Of a DNA stretch of 34,357 nt, positions 16,845-27,732 are shown piece after piece. This DNA comes from Candidatus Micrarchaeota archaeon. Lineage in GTDB: Archaea > Micrarchaeota > Micrarchaeia > Anstonellales > Anstonellaceae. The DNA is taken from contig JBDRNY010000023.1 of assembly GCA_043810635.1 (NCBI GenBank), positions 1 through 34,357 on the forward strand, read 5' to 3'. A program made the translations under genes and the position numbers. Position 1 is the stretch's first letter. Each line of letters starts with the position of its first letter. A model generated the notes under the pieces. That model was not told where the DNA came from. It searched no databases and was given only the letters and a program-made list of their open reading frames with translations.

Positions 16845-18319
16845 CTAAATTATTTTTTCTTCCCATATCCTTACATCATCTTTTCCTCCTTTCTTCTTCA
16901 TTAAATTTGCCAATTTCTCCCCCATTTTAGTCGGATATTCCCCGTTAAGGCACCCGAGACAAAGCTCTTTCTTTTTCATTCCTATTGAAGCAACCAAATC
17001 TTTTATTGAAAGATAGGCTAAAGAATCTGCGCCCGCATTTTCTTTTATTTTCTCCACACTGTATTTTGCAGCAGCCAATTCATTATAGGTGGGCAAATCC
17101 ACCCCGTAAAAGCAGGGGGAAATTACAGGCGGGCAGGAAATGCGCAAATGCACCTCTTTTGCGCCCGCATTTTCAGCAATTTTACAATAGGCCCTGAAGT
17201 GGTGCCCCGCACAATCGAATCATCAATAAGCACAATTCTTTTTCCTCTAACTATTTCCTTTACCGCATTTAATTTTAGTTTAACAGCTTCCATCCTCTCT
17301 TTTTGGGAAGGCATTATGAAAGTGCGGCCAATATACCTGTTTTTCATCAAGCCTTCTGAAATAGGTATGTTGCTTTCTTCTGAATAACCGAGTGCTGCGG
17401 GGCGGGAAGTGTCTGGCACCGGCACGATAATATCTGCTTTTACAGGAGAAGTGCGGGCAAGCCGCCTTCCCAATTCCATCCTTACTTCATAAATAAGCTT
17501 TCCTTCTTCTGTGGAATCAGGGCGGGAAAAATACACATATTCAAATGCGCAGTGGCGGTGGGATGTTTTTTTGGCAACAATTTTCTTTTCCACCCCTTCT
17601 TTTGTTATTACAAGGACTTCGCCCGGAAGAATATCCCCCTTCAACGGAATATTATTTATGTCAAGCGCCACAGATTCTGATGCAAACATTATCATCTCGT
17701 CATTTTGTCCCCAGCAGAAGGGGCGGATTGCATTCGGGTCCCGGAATACTATCAATTCCCCTCTTTGGGTGACTGCGCATACAGAATATGCGCCGTCCAA
17801 ATCCTGCATTAATTTTGCGCATGCAGGAAATATTTCCCCTTTCACGCCATTCAGCTTTTTTGCAAATTCTGTTAATATCAATTCCGCATCGCATGTTGAG
17901 CAGAATTTTTGCCCTTCTTTTTCAAGGTTTGCGCGCATTCCCCCGTAATTTGCTATATTTCCGTTATGGGCAAGTGCAATATCCCCTATTTTTGAATTTT
18001 GCATAAAAGGCTGGGCATCCTGAGGCCCGCCCGCACCTATTGTGGGGTAGCGCACATGTGCAATTCCAACATAGCCATTCAACCCCCCCAAATCTGTTGA
18101 AGAAAAAACCTCTGAAACCAAACCCACATCCCGGTGCAAATTGATTTTCTCCCCGTCAAACAAAGCCATGCCCGCAGTATCCTGCCCCCTGTGCTGGACA
18201 GAAATTAGTGCATAATATAATTGCCTGGAAATATCAGAAGAAGTGAAAGACAGGGCGCCGACTACCCCGCATTCCTCCCTCGGAGCGTCATCAAATGAAA
18301 AATTTGGCTTTTGTCCCAT
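16845..18319 (-). pseudogene. purF: Amidophosphoribosyltransferase split by a one-base frameshift at about 17170-17173
   Basis: REE-CGVVG propeptide/Cys1, HRGQD, CAFEYVYF and LIDDSIVRGTT. Adding one base to CTGAAAATGCG restores LK-NAGAKEVHLRISCPP...PCFYG...CLGC. Confidence 0.9.
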
Positions 18320-18354
18320 ATTTATTTTTCTCCATTTAGGAATAAAAGGCTTAT

Positions 18355-19209
18355 CTAATGCTTTTTTGCCAATTCCACTATGTTTTCAAAAAACGGCATG
18401 CAATTCGGCGTGTCTTTTGCGCTTTTTGGCCCCACCCCTAATTTTGTTTTTAATTTGGTAAATAAGTCAGAAGGAATTTTGGAGGGCGGGTTTGAAGTCC
18501 AAAATGGATTTTGCAAATACCTAATATGGCATTCTGGATGGGGCATCATGCCAAGCACATTTCCTGCTTCATTGCAAATGCCTGCAATTCCATCTGCAGA
18601 GCCGTTAGGATTTTCAGGATATGCTGTTGATTTCATGCCGTCTTTTCCTGCATAGCGAAATGCTATTTGCTTATTTTCATTTAATTTGTTTAAAGTGAGT
18701 AAATCTGCAAGCACTATTTGCCCTTCCCCGTGCCGCACAGGAAGAATAAACTGCGCTTCCATTCCCTGCGCAAATTTGCATGCACTGTTTTCAGTGCGGA
18801 GGCGAATCCACCTGTCTTCAAACCTTCCGCTTCTGTTGTGCATTAATGTGATTTTTTTTGCATTCCAATCTTCCCATCCGGGCAACACACCCAATTGCAC
18901 CAGCACCTGAAATCCGTTGCATATTCCGACAACAGGCTTTCCTTCGTCAACAAATCTTTTCAATGGTTTTTGCAATTTGAATTTAAATTTGTTTGCAAGC
19001 ACTCTTCCGGACTGGATGTCATCTGCAAAGCTCCATCCGCCCGGAATGAAAAATATTTGAAATTCCTCAAATAATGAGGGGTTTTTCAGAAATGAGGAGA
19101 AATGGACTATTTTTGAATTTGCGCCCCCTATTTTCAAAGCATGGGCTGTTTCATATTCGCAATTCAGCCCGAGCCCGGACAACACCGCTGCATTCACAGA
19201 ATTTTCCAT
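18355..19209 (-). CDS. purQ: Phosphoribosylformylglycinamidine synthase glutaminase subunit
   Basis: G.NCEYET, PGGWSFADD, GICNGFQ, HGEG, NPNGS and GMMPHPE. ATG 19209 is preferred to TTG 19230. Confidence 0.95.
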   Translation of the reverse strand: MENSVNAAVLSGLGLNCEYETAHALKIGGANSKIVHFSSFLKNPSLFEEFQIFFIPGGWSFADDIQSGRVLANKFKFKLQKPLKRFVDEGKPVVGICNGFQVLVQLGVLPGWEDWNAKKITLMHNRSGRFEDRWIRLRTENSACKFAQGMEAQFILPVRHGEGQIVLADLLTLNKLNENKQIAFRYAGKDGMKSTAYPENPNGSADGIAGICNEAGNVLGMMPHPECHIRYLQNPFWTSNPPSKIPSDLFTKLKTKLGVGPKSAKDTPNCMPFFENIVELAKKH

Positions 19210-19316
19210 GCCAACCACATATTTCTTCAATCATTTCCCGCATATTTTCCAATTTTCGCAAATTCCCGTTCCATGCCAACCACATAAACACAAATATTTT
19301 TTACAAACCCGCCTCG

Positions 19317-22300
19317 TCATGGAAGCGTTTTTTTGAAATATTTTTCCAATTCTTCAACTTTTGTATTTATTAATGCAGAAGATTTTCCTGCAATAACAAA
19401 TTCTGAATCTGAAGAAACTTCACCTATTTTTGAAATTATGCTTCCTTGCATTATTTTTTCAAATTCACCTGCATTTTTAGGCGAAACTGAAATAACAAAC
19501 CTTCCTGCAGATTCTGAAAATAATATTTTATCCTCCCTTATTTCCCCCTCTTTTGGAATATTTTGCAAATTTATTTGCGCCCCAAGCGCCCCGCCTATTG
19601 AACATTCTGCCAATGCGATTGCAATTCCGCCGTCAGAGCAGTCATGGGCAGATTCTATTAAATTCATATCAATTGCTTTGTGCAATTTTTTATATAATTC
19701 CAAATTTTCCCCAAGCCTTACTTTTGGAACATTTTTTCCAAGCATATTGTGCATTGCACAATATTCGCTTCCTCCCATTTCATCATAAGTTTTTCCAAGA
19801 GCATATATAACATCCCCTTCTTTTTTGAAATCCGTGCTAACAACTTTTCTCCCGTCATTCAATATTCCGCACAAGGAAATGAGAAGGGTGGGAGGAATTG
19901 AAATTTTTATTCCGCTGTGCGAATAATCATTTTTCATTGAATCTTTCCCTGAAACAAGAGGGAGGGAATATGCGATGCATGCATCAGCCATCCCCATATT
20001 TGTACGCACCAATTGCGCAAGCTTGAATTCCCCGTCTGGATTGTGTTTTGATTTAACCGGGTCTGGCCAGCAGAAATTGTCTAAAGCGCCCCAATGATAG
20101 GGATTTCCGCCTGTTGCAATATAATTTCTTACCGCTTCATCTACTGCCAATTGGGCCATATTAAATGCATCAATATCCCCATAGCGGGGGCATATTCCAT
20201 GAGAAACTATGAGTGCGGTAAATTTTTCATAAAAAGGCTGGATTACTGCAGCATCTGAAGGGCCTGTTGCATTTTTTCCGCAAAGAGGTTTGATTATGCT
20301 TGTGCCCTGCACTTCATGGTCATATTGCCTTATTACAGATTCTTTTGAACAAATATTCGGGCGGGAAAGGAGGGCAAGAAGCTGTTGAGTAAGATTTGCA
20401 GGCATATTTGGCTCTTCTTTTGAAATTCTTCTTTTTCTATAAGTTGCTTTTAATTTCATTTTAGGCAAGCCTTTGTGCAAAAAATCCAAATCCAAATAAA
20501 GCACAGGCTTTGAATAATACAATACTTTCAAATATCCGTCTTTGTCAAACTGCCCGATATCTGTTGCTTCCACTTCAAATTCTTTTGCCAATACGGCAAA
20601 TTCCCCTGCTTTTTCAGGAGGCACTGCAACAGTCATTCTTTCCTGGGATTCTGAAAGAAATATTTCCCATGGATCCAGGCCGGGGTATTTTAATGGGCAT
20701 CTTTCAAGGTGAAGGGTTGCTCCGCCTGTTATTAGGGATAATTCTCCTACAGAAGAGGAAAGCCCGCCTGCTCCATTATCAGTAATTCCGCTGTGAAGCC
20801 CCCTGTCTCTGGATTCTAAAATAAAATCAAGCATAATTTTTTGTGTAAAAGCATCCCCTAATTGCACTGCAGAAGTTGGGGAAGCTTCATTTAATTCTGC
20901 AGAAGAAAATGTTGCGCCGTGTATGCCGTCTTTTCCAATTCTTCCCCCAACCATAAATAGTCTGTCGTCAACTGAAATTTCTTTTAAATGAGTCTGCCTC
21001 CCATCCCTCAGTTTTCTTGGCATTATTCCCCCTGTGCCGCAATATACAAGTGGCTTTCCCAAATATCTATTATCAAATACAATTGAACCGTTGACAGTGG
21101 GTATTCCAGAAGCATTTCCCCCTCTTTCCACTCCAGCACGCACCCCTTCCATAACTCTTTTTGGATGGAGAAGGCGAGGGGGAATTTTTCCATTATAAAA
21201 GGGAGAAGCAAAACAGAAAATGTCTGTATTAAATATCGGCTTTGAACCAAGCCCGGCGCCGATAACATCCCTGTTCACACCCAATATTCCTGTAAGCGCC
21301 CCTCCATACGGGTCTAATGCCGAGGGAGTGTTGTGTGTTTCCACTTTTAATGCAAGCGCATATTTGTCATCTATTTTCAAAATGCCTGCATTGTCTGAAA
21401 ATACGGATAAGAGGTATTTTTGCGCATTTTTTATTTTTTTTGTGGTGCCTGAAATATAAGTTTTAAATAAAGAGCGGATTTTTTTAATTTTTGGCTTTTT
21501 CTTTCCTTTTTTCCCCTTCTTTTTCTTTTCACTTCTTGCTTTCCCGCTTTCTGCTTTTCCAATTCCCGCTTCCTCGTCGGTAGTATAATCCGTATATTCT
21601 ATTTCTGCATTAAATATTTTGTGCTTGCAATGCTCAGACCATGTTTGGGCAAGGCATTCAATTTCAACGTCTATAGGGGCTTCCCCTATTCCAACAGCTT
21701 TTCTTTTTTCAATTACACTCCTTTTTGCATAATATTTTCTTATTGCCTGCATTTCTTTAACAGTAAGAGCAAGAATGCGGTGTTTTGAAATTTTTTCCAA
21801 TTCCCTCTCATTATCAGGAAGGGGAATTTGCGAAACCATGCCCCGCGTATTATCCCCTGCTTTTGGCATATAAATTGAGGAGTAATAATTCTGGATTTGC
21901 TCTTTTTCCAAAGTTCTCCATTGCTCAATTAATGGGTTGCACAATACATCTGCAGCCACCCTTTGGGATATTTCCGATGGAAACTCCCCGTAAAATAAGT
22001 AAAGTGTGGAAGAATATACTGCGCCATTTAATTTTCTCCCCAATGCATCTTCGCTTGCTGTTTTTGCAGTCTCGCCTACATTGTCTTTTACTCCCGGCCG
22101 GAATCCTATTTCAATTCCCGCATTAAACATGTCATCTACAGGGGAATCCAGGGAATATTGCTGATTTACGGCATCAGTAAAAACTTCTTTTGCCAAAAAT
22201 TCAGCATCTTTTTCTTTTAATTCCTCTTCAAAAGTATATACATTAACCCTTCTTATCAAATTCAAATCAGAAAGCGAAAAATCGGATTTTAGCATGGATA

Positions 22301-22364
22301 GTATTTTTTCTGCCTGTGCGTCATGAAAATCAGGCTTTAAAGCTACTTCTATGCGCCTTACCAT
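19317..22364 (-). CDS. purL: Phosphoribosylformylglycinamidine synthase PurL with fused N-terminal PurS-like domains
   Basis: QTWSEHCKHKIF, KVETHNTPS, DGIHGATFSS, SESQERM, GKDSMKND and HDCSDGG; 1015 aa. Confidence 0.95.
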   Translation of the reverse strand: MVRRIEVALKPDFHDAQAEKILSMLKSDFSLSDLNLIRRVNVYTFEEELKEKDAEFLAKEVFTDAVNQQYSLDSPVDDMFNAGIEIGFRPGVKDNVGETAKTASEDALGRKLNGAVYSSTLYLFYGEFPSEISQRVAADVLCNPLIEQWRTLEKEQIQNYYSSIYMPKAGDNTRGMVSQIPLPDNERELEKISKHRILALTVKEMQAIRKYYAKRSVIEKRKAVGIGEAPIDVEIECLAQTWSEHCKHKIFNAEIEYTDYTTDEEAGIGKAESGKARSEKKKKGKKGKKKPKIKKIRSLFKTYISGTTKKIKNAQKYLLSVFSDNAGILKIDDKYALALKVETHNTPSALDPYGGALTGILGVNRDVIGAGLGSKPIFNTDIFCFASPFYNGKIPPRLLHPKRVMEGVRAGVERGGNASGIPTVNGSIVFDNRYLGKPLVYCGTGGIMPRKLRDGRQTHLKEISVDDRLFMVGGRIGKDGIHGATFSSAELNEASPTSAVQLGDAFTQKIMLDFILESRDRGLHSGITDNGAGGLSSSVGELSLITGGATLHLERCPLKYPGLDPWEIFLSESQERMTVAVPPEKAGEFAVLAKEFEVEATDIGQFDKDGYLKVLYYSKPVLYLDLDFLHKGLPKMKLKATYRKRRISKEEPNMPANLTQQLLALLSRPNICSKESVIRQYDHEVQGTSIIKPLCGKNATGPSDAAVIQPFYEKFTALIVSHGICPRYGDIDAFNMAQLAVDEAVRNYIATGGNPYHWGALDNFCWPDPVKSKHNPDGEFKLAQLVRTNMGMADACIAYSLPLVSGKDSMKNDYSHSGIKISIPPTLLISLCGILNDGRKVVSTDFKKEGDVIYALGKTYDEMGGSEYCAMHNMLGKNVPKVRLGENLELYKKLHKAIDMNLIESAHDCSDGGIAIALAECSIGGALGAQINLQNIPKEGEIREDKILFSESAGRFVISVSPKNAGEFEKIMQGSIISKIGEVSSDSEFVIAGKSSALINTKVEELEKYFKKTLP

Positions 22365-22521
22365 AAAAGATAATTGAAATTAAAGTTTAAGAAGATGGCG
22401 GCGGGGGTGAAACGAGGGGAATAAGGAAAATTAAAAGAAAATGGAGAAAAAATGGAAAATTGGCGGGAAATAAATGAAATAAATAAAAAAGAAGATTTAC
22501 CCAAATCCGAACCGCGGGGAA

Positions 22522-24132
22522 TTAATGATGATGGGTTTTTCCAAAAAGCCTTGTTGCAACAGCGCCATAAGCCGGCCTTGAAACAGAAACTCCCAAAATA
22601 TAGCCCATTACTGTTACTGTTGCAAACCCGATTATTTCAACCAAACCTGAGAAAAGGAGGAGGGGGGCAAGGGCTATTATTGCAACAGTGGCATTGGTAA
22701 CTATTATGTTAAATGCTTTGTCTAATTTTTCCCTGACATCCTGCCCTTCCCTTCTCTTTAAAATTTCATCTGTAATTATAATCTGCGCATCAACAGACAC
22801 TCCGACAGCCGCAATAATGCCTGCCATTGCAGCCAAATCTATTGAAAAGAAGCCGATTATTGTAACAAGCAGAATAATTTCGCTTAATGAAGTAAATATA
22901 ATGGGCAATACCACTGCAGGAGTGCGGTAGCGGATTGCAACCATTATTGAAATGCAAATAACTGCAAATATCAAGCCGATTAATGAGAGGCGCAATACTT
23001 CCTGCCCTAATTTTGCAGGCACTTCTTGCACAGAACCGAGAGAAATTTGCACAGGCAATGCCCCTCCTTTCAATACTGACATTGTTTCGCGCGCACTATA
23101 ATCCGCATCAAGCAATTTCTCATTGCCTTTTCCTTTTGCACTGCCTGTAATTACATAAGATTGGGAAGGCACCCCTTCTGCCAAAGCCGGCGCAAGTATT
23201 GGGGAGGATTTCAACCCCACAGCATCCCACCTGTTTATTACAAACCCGAGTGCGGTATTTGTGGGTATATAAGAGGGCTGCATATCTTCAGAAGTTTTTT
23301 CAACAACTTCAAATCCAAGAGAAGTTAATTTTTCTTTTAATTCCTGGGGCGCATCTTGCGAAATTACTGCTTTTGTATTGTTTGTTGCAGGCAAAATATC
23401 TTCTTCATCAAATTGCAAATTCAATTCTTCCTCAATATACAAGGGAATGGGCGAGCCTTCAAGATGGAGCGCGTTTATTGCCAATTTTATTGCATCTTCC
23501 TCGGTTATATTCACTTCCAATCCTTCGATATATGAGTGCTTCAGCAAATCTTCCCTTGAAATTACAAGTATTGCATCATTCGGCCTGTCCAAATACATGT
23601 AAAGCGGGTAATTTCCCTTCCCCCTCACAGTTTGGGTAAAATGCTGCTGCCCTTCTGTTGTAAGCGCAAATGCAATAACCCAATCCGAGCCGGTGTAATA
23701 AGAGGTGCTTTCCCTTCTTACAGTGTCAGGGTATAGGCTGTCCCCTGTTACCGCAACTTTTCCGTCAACAATTCCCCGATATACTCCCTGCTTTGAAAGT
23801 ATTTTTTCAATATCTGAAACTAATTTGGGATTTGTTTTCGGCACTTCCACCCAAATTTCATCATCACCAATAGGAGTAACTCTTACTTCAGTCAATCCAA
23901 AAGTTGTGGCGCGGATTTTGACATTGTCAACCATTTCCTGCATTGTAAGAGGGTCTATCGGCTGCTCAAGCATAATCGGAATTCTCAATCCTCCTGAAAA
24001 ATCAATCCCGAATTTCAATCCCCCGTCAAAGGGCCCGCCGTTTAGAAATACCCATCCGATAGCAGCAAGAGTGAGGACAATAAGCAAAAGCACGCGCGTA
24101 TCTTTCAACACATCAATTGCTGTATTCGACAT
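22522..24132 (-). CDS. secD: Protein translocase subunit SecD
   Basis: LKFGIDFSGG, LKGGALPV and IDLAAMAGIIAAVGVSVDAQIIITDE. Confidence 0.92.
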   Translation of the reverse strand: MSNTAIDVLKDTRVLLLIVLTLAAIGWVFLNGGPFDGGLKFGIDFSGGLRIPIMLEQPIDPLTMQEMVDNVKIRATTFGLTEVRVTPIGDDEIWVEVPKTNPKLVSDIEKILSKQGVYRGIVDGKVAVTGDSLYPDTVRRESTSYYTGSDWVIAFALTTEGQQHFTQTVRGKGNYPLYMYLDRPNDAILVISREDLLKHSYIEGLEVNITEEDAIKLAINALHLEGSPIPLYIEEELNLQFDEEDILPATNNTKAVISQDAPQELKEKLTSLGFEVVEKTSEDMQPSYIPTNTALGFVINRWDAVGLKSSPILAPALAEGVPSQSYVITGSAKGKGNEKLLDADYSARETMSVLKGGALPVQISLGSVQEVPAKLGQEVLRLSLIGLIFAVICISIMVAIRYRTPAVVLPIIFTSLSEIILLVTIIGFFSIDLAAMAGIIAAVGVSVDAQIIITDEILKRREGQDVREKLDKAFNIIVTNATVAIIALAPLLLFSGLVEIIGFATVTVMGYILGVSVSRPAYGAVATRLFGKTHHH

Positions 24133-24242
24133 CTTTACACCATCAAACTAATCTGCAAATTCTAGCCCGCCCTCGGGCACCGGCAAGCGGTTTTATGATT
24201 TCAATATTTTTTGGGTTGCATTTAATTTCCATTTTCGCACCG

Positions 24243-25403
24243 TCAGCTTCTGAATATATAGCTTGCCAGCGAGCGCTGGGTAAGCAATTTTCCTTTCTTT
24301 TCCAAATCCTGCACATGTGCAAGTATGATGACCGCGTTAAATGCCCAGGTTGCAATCAAATCCCCCACCAATCCTGCCATTGCAACCGCCGCAATTTCAT
24401 AATAAATATTTATGTGGGTGATAAATGCAATTATTAATAATGCCGCAAAAGCAACCATTGTGGAAAGACTCATTGTCATTCCTGTTTTCATAGAATCATA
24501 AGCCCGCTCTGCAGCAGTTCCTTCCCTTCTTTTCATTACCCTCATTGTAAGCAAAATGTCCGTGTCAAGCGAGAAACCCACCAGCATGAGCAAAGCTGCA
24601 AATGAAGCAAGGGTGAGGGGGATGTCAAATATTGACATTGCGCCCAAAGCAAATATTATATCAGCAACCGCTCCTGCCAATACCGCAATTGAAGGTATGA
24701 CAGAGCGGAAAATAAGAAATACTGCAATTGAAGTGAAAATTACGGAGTAAATTACAACCATCACCACTTTGTCTATAAATGAAGCTGAAAGGCTTGAGGT
24801 GCGCTCTTTAAACGAAATGCTTGCACCCGGCACTGCATTTGAAAATATTGCGCGCAATTTTTCATTTTCAGAATTTGTAATATTTGTGTAAGATGTTTGC
24901 ACTTCTTTTGTAAGCAAATGGACGGTGTTAAATGAGCCCGCCTCAGCTTCTGCCCCTGTCAATTCAAACATATTATTTGCAATTAAATCCAAATCCACCC
25001 TTTTTTCAGCATATTTTTGCTTTGCTTCAGAATCATTCAGCACTGCGGCATTTGCCTCCAATAATGCAACTTCTTCCCTTAATTCATAATATTTTGTCTT
25101 AATTTCATCTGCTTCCACCACTTTTGCAGAGCGTTCCAATTCTGCCTGTGTAAGATAGCCTGAAGGGTTTTGGTTTGCTTCAATAGAATTTACAACATAT
25201 TCCCCGCCTTCTAATTCGCTTTTCAGCATTTCAGTATTTGGCATATCATCTGAAAGCATTTCAACATCAATTCCGCCCTTAAAATCAATGCCTTTTCTTA
25301 TGGGATTTATGAAAAATATTGAAACTAGGCAGAGAATTGCCAGCAATATTGGCAATATTACCAGTTTTTTATAATCCCCTTTGTACGGGTTTGGAAGTTC
25401 CAT
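24243..25403 (-). CDS. secF: Protein translocase subunit SecF
   Basis: GIDFKGG and AALLMLVGFSLDTDILLT.R; six transmembrane segments. Confidence 0.92.
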   Translation of the reverse strand: MELPNPYKGDYKKLVILPILLAILCLVSIFFINPIRKGIDFKGGIDVEMLSDDMPNTEMLKSELEGGEYVVNSIEANQNPSGYLTQAELERSAKVVEADEIKTKYYELREEVALLEANAAVLNDSEAKQKYAEKRVDLDLIANNMFELTGAEAEAGSFNTVHLLTKEVQTSYTNITNSENEKLRAIFSNAVPGASISFKERTSSLSASFIDKVVMVVIYSVIFTSIAVFLIFRSVIPSIAVLAGAVADIIFALGAMSIFDIPLTLASFAALLMLVGFSLDTDILLTMRVMKRREGTAAERAYDSMKTGMTMSLSTMVAFAALLIIAFITHINIYYEIAAVAMAGLVGDLIATWAFNAVIILAHVQDLEKKGKLLTQRSLASYIFRS

Positions 25404-25474
25404 AAAGAAACACGACGAATTAAATTGTATTCATAAATATTAAAAAGGCAATCGTATCTTGCATTCGGTTATGT

Positions 25475-27091
25475 TTATTCAAATCTCTTTATATGGCAGT
25501 AAATATTGTATTTTTGGGCTTTTGCCAGAGCATTTATTGCATTTGAAGGGGAGGAATAGGTGGGTATTCCGTAATCATCCAATATTTTGCACTGCAATTC
25601 AGTATATTCCCCTCCTGTGGAAACAACAACAATCGGCTTTTTGGATGAATGGGCGGCGCGGGCAAGCACCTGCACAATTGAAGAATCCAAAGCAGCTGTC
25701 TGAAATAATACTATTGCGACTATTGCATCAACATTCTCATCTTCAACAAGAATATTCAATGCCCGCTCATATCTTTTTGCATCCGCATCTCCTATAACAT
25801 CCAAAGGATTTCTGATATTTGTTGTGGAAGGAAGAAATTCTTTTAATTGGCGGAGGGTGGAGGGGGAAAAAGTTGCAAGCTCCATATAGTTTAATTCGAT
25901 TGCATCAGCAGCCAGCACTCCGTTTCCCCCTCCGTTTGTCAATACTGCAATTCTTGAACCAAAGAATTTCGGCAGTTCAAATATTTTTGCCAATTCAAAC
26001 AATTCATCAAGAGTTTCGGCTTCAATTCCGCCGCTCTGCTTTAATGCAGAAGAGAATATCTGGTATGAGCCTGCCATAGAGCCGGTGTGCGAGGCAGTAG
26101 CTTCAGAGCCTAATTTGGATTTTCCTGCTTTTAATGCAACAAAAGGCTTGTGAAGGGTGAGATATGAAATGGAATTCATGAATTTTCTCCCGTCATCCAC
26201 CCCTTCAATATAAGAAATTATTGAATGCGTATCTTCATCCTGTGAAAGAAAATTTATCAAATCTGTTTCATTTATGCTTGCAGCATTTCCATATGAAACA
26301 AATTTTGATATTCCCACCCCCCATTTTGATGCCAAGTCAACTATGCACCCCCCGACAGCTCCTGATTGGGAAATAAATGAAATTGTGCCCACCTGGGGGC
26401 GGCCTAATTTGTGTATTGGAAGAAATACTGAGTCATTTTTTGTTGCGGGGTTAAGCACTCCCATGCAATTCGGCCCTATTAACGCCATATTATTTTCATC
26501 TGCCAATTTTTTTATCTTCTCCTCTCCCTCCCGGTTTCCAACTTCTGAAAATCCCCCTGAAATTACCACTGCGGAAGGCACTCCCGCACTAATTGCATCT
26601 TTCAGCACATCATAAACATATTTTGCGGGTATTGCAATTACTGCACAATCAATTTTTTCATTTACATCTGATATTTTTTTATAGCATTTTTTTCCTAAAA
26701 TTTCCTCTTCGTGAATATTAATGGGGTAAATTTTGCCTGAAAATCCTCCCTGCATAAAATTTCTTAAAATTGCATGCCCTATTTTGGAAGGCTTTGCAGA
26801 TGCGCCCACTATTGCAACATTTTTCGGGTTAAATACAAATTCTAAATTTCTCACCTGCTTTCTTAATTGAGGAGGGGAGGAAGAGCGTATTTTTGCCAAT
26901 TTTTTTATTTCTCTCTTATTTCCTCGGGGGGCATAGGGGTCGGAGTATAATTTTTTCCCGCAATAAGGAACTTTAGTTTCAAATTTAATTTTTCTTTTTT
27001 CATTTTTTTTGGCAACAATTATTCTGGATGAGATGCGCGGAAGATGGGCGGGCTTTTTCCTTTTGTGCTTTTTCTTTTTATTTTTCACCAT
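25475..27091 (-). CDS. acdA: ADP-forming acetate/acyl-CoA ligase alpha subunit with basic N-terminal extension
   Basis: FNPKNVAIVGAS, ISGGFSEVG, IGPNCMG, SQSGA, ASHTGSMAG and NPLDVIGDA. Confidence 0.93.
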   Translation of the reverse strand: MVKNKKKKHKRKKPAHLPRISSRIIVAKKNEKRKIKFETKVPYCGKKLYSDPYAPRGNKREIKKLAKIRSSSPPQLRKQVRNLEFVFNPKNVAIVGASAKPSKIGHAILRNFMQGGFSGKIYPINIHEEEILGKKCYKKISDVNEKIDCAVIAIPAKYVYDVLKDAISAGVPSAVVISGGFSEVGNREGEEKIKKLADENNMALIGPNCMGVLNPATKNDSVFLPIHKLGRPQVGTISFISQSGAVGGCIVDLASKWGVGISKFVSYGNAASINETDLINFLSQDEDTHSIISYIEGVDDGRKFMNSISYLTLHKPFVALKAGKSKLGSEATASHTGSMAGSYQIFSSALKQSGGIEAETLDELFELAKIFELPKFFGSRIAVLTNGGGNGVLAADAIELNYMELATFSPSTLRQLKEFLPSTTNIRNPLDVIGDADAKRYERALNILVEDENVDAIVAIVLFQTAALDSSIVQVLARAAHSSKKPIVVVSTGGEYTELQCKILDDYGIPTYSSPSNAINALAKAQKYNIYCHIKRFE

Positions 27092-27717
27092 AATATTCTC
27101 ACATCTGCTGCAACCAACCCTTCTTTTGTCAAAAGCATGGGGTTGATGTCAATTTCTTTTGGCTGCTCTTTTTCCATTAAATTTGACAAATTTCTCAAAA
27201 TTTTCACTAATTCTGTCAAATCAGCCCCCTTTTGCCCCCTTGTCCCCTTAATTATCGGAAAAGATTGGAGCGAGGAAATCATTGAGCGAATGTCAGAATC
27301 TGTAGGGGGGCATACCCGTATTTGCATGTCATGCAATATTTCAGTATATATTCCGCCCAACCCCAGCATAATTGTGGGGCCGAATTGTGAATCTGTTTTT
27401 CCGCCCAATATTAATTCTAAAGAGGAGGGAAGGAATTTTTGCACTAAAATAGGGTCATTGGGGGGAGTCATTTTCTGCAGGCGCAAATATTCTGATGCAA
27501 CAGAATGCGGATTTTTCAGATTAAGGGAAAGTGCGTGGTGCTCGGATTTGTGCAAAAAATGAGGGGAAATTAATTTTAATGCAACAGGGTAGCCCAGCTT
27601 TTTTGTTGCCTCAAGCGCGCCTTTTTGAGAGTAGGCAAATTTGCAGGGAATTATCGGGATTTTGTATTTTTCCAAAAGCCCAAAATCCATTGAAGATGCT
27701 CCGCATACCGTGCCCAT
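27085..27717 (-). CDS. acdB: ADP-forming acetate/acyl-CoA ligase beta subunit (ATP-grasp)
   Basis: GYPVALK..S...HKSE, D.QFGPTIMLGLGGIYTE and EIDINP. Confidence 0.92.
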   Translation of the reverse strand: MGTVCGASSMDFGLLEKYKIPIIPCKFAYSQKGALEATKKLGYPVALKLISPHFLHKSEHHALSLNLKNPHSVASEYLRLQKMTPPNDPILVQKFLPSSLELILGGKTDSQFGPTIMLGLGGIYTEILHDMQIRVCPPTDSDIRSMISSLQSFPIIKGTRGQKGADLTELVKILRNLSNLMEKEQPKEIDINPMLLTKEGLVAADVRILW

Positions 27718-27732
27718 AAACCAAAACCCTGG

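Noticed and set aside
22452..22700. 82-aa plus-strand ORF
   Set aside because: It starts in a low-complexity A-rich spacer and runs antisense into secD.
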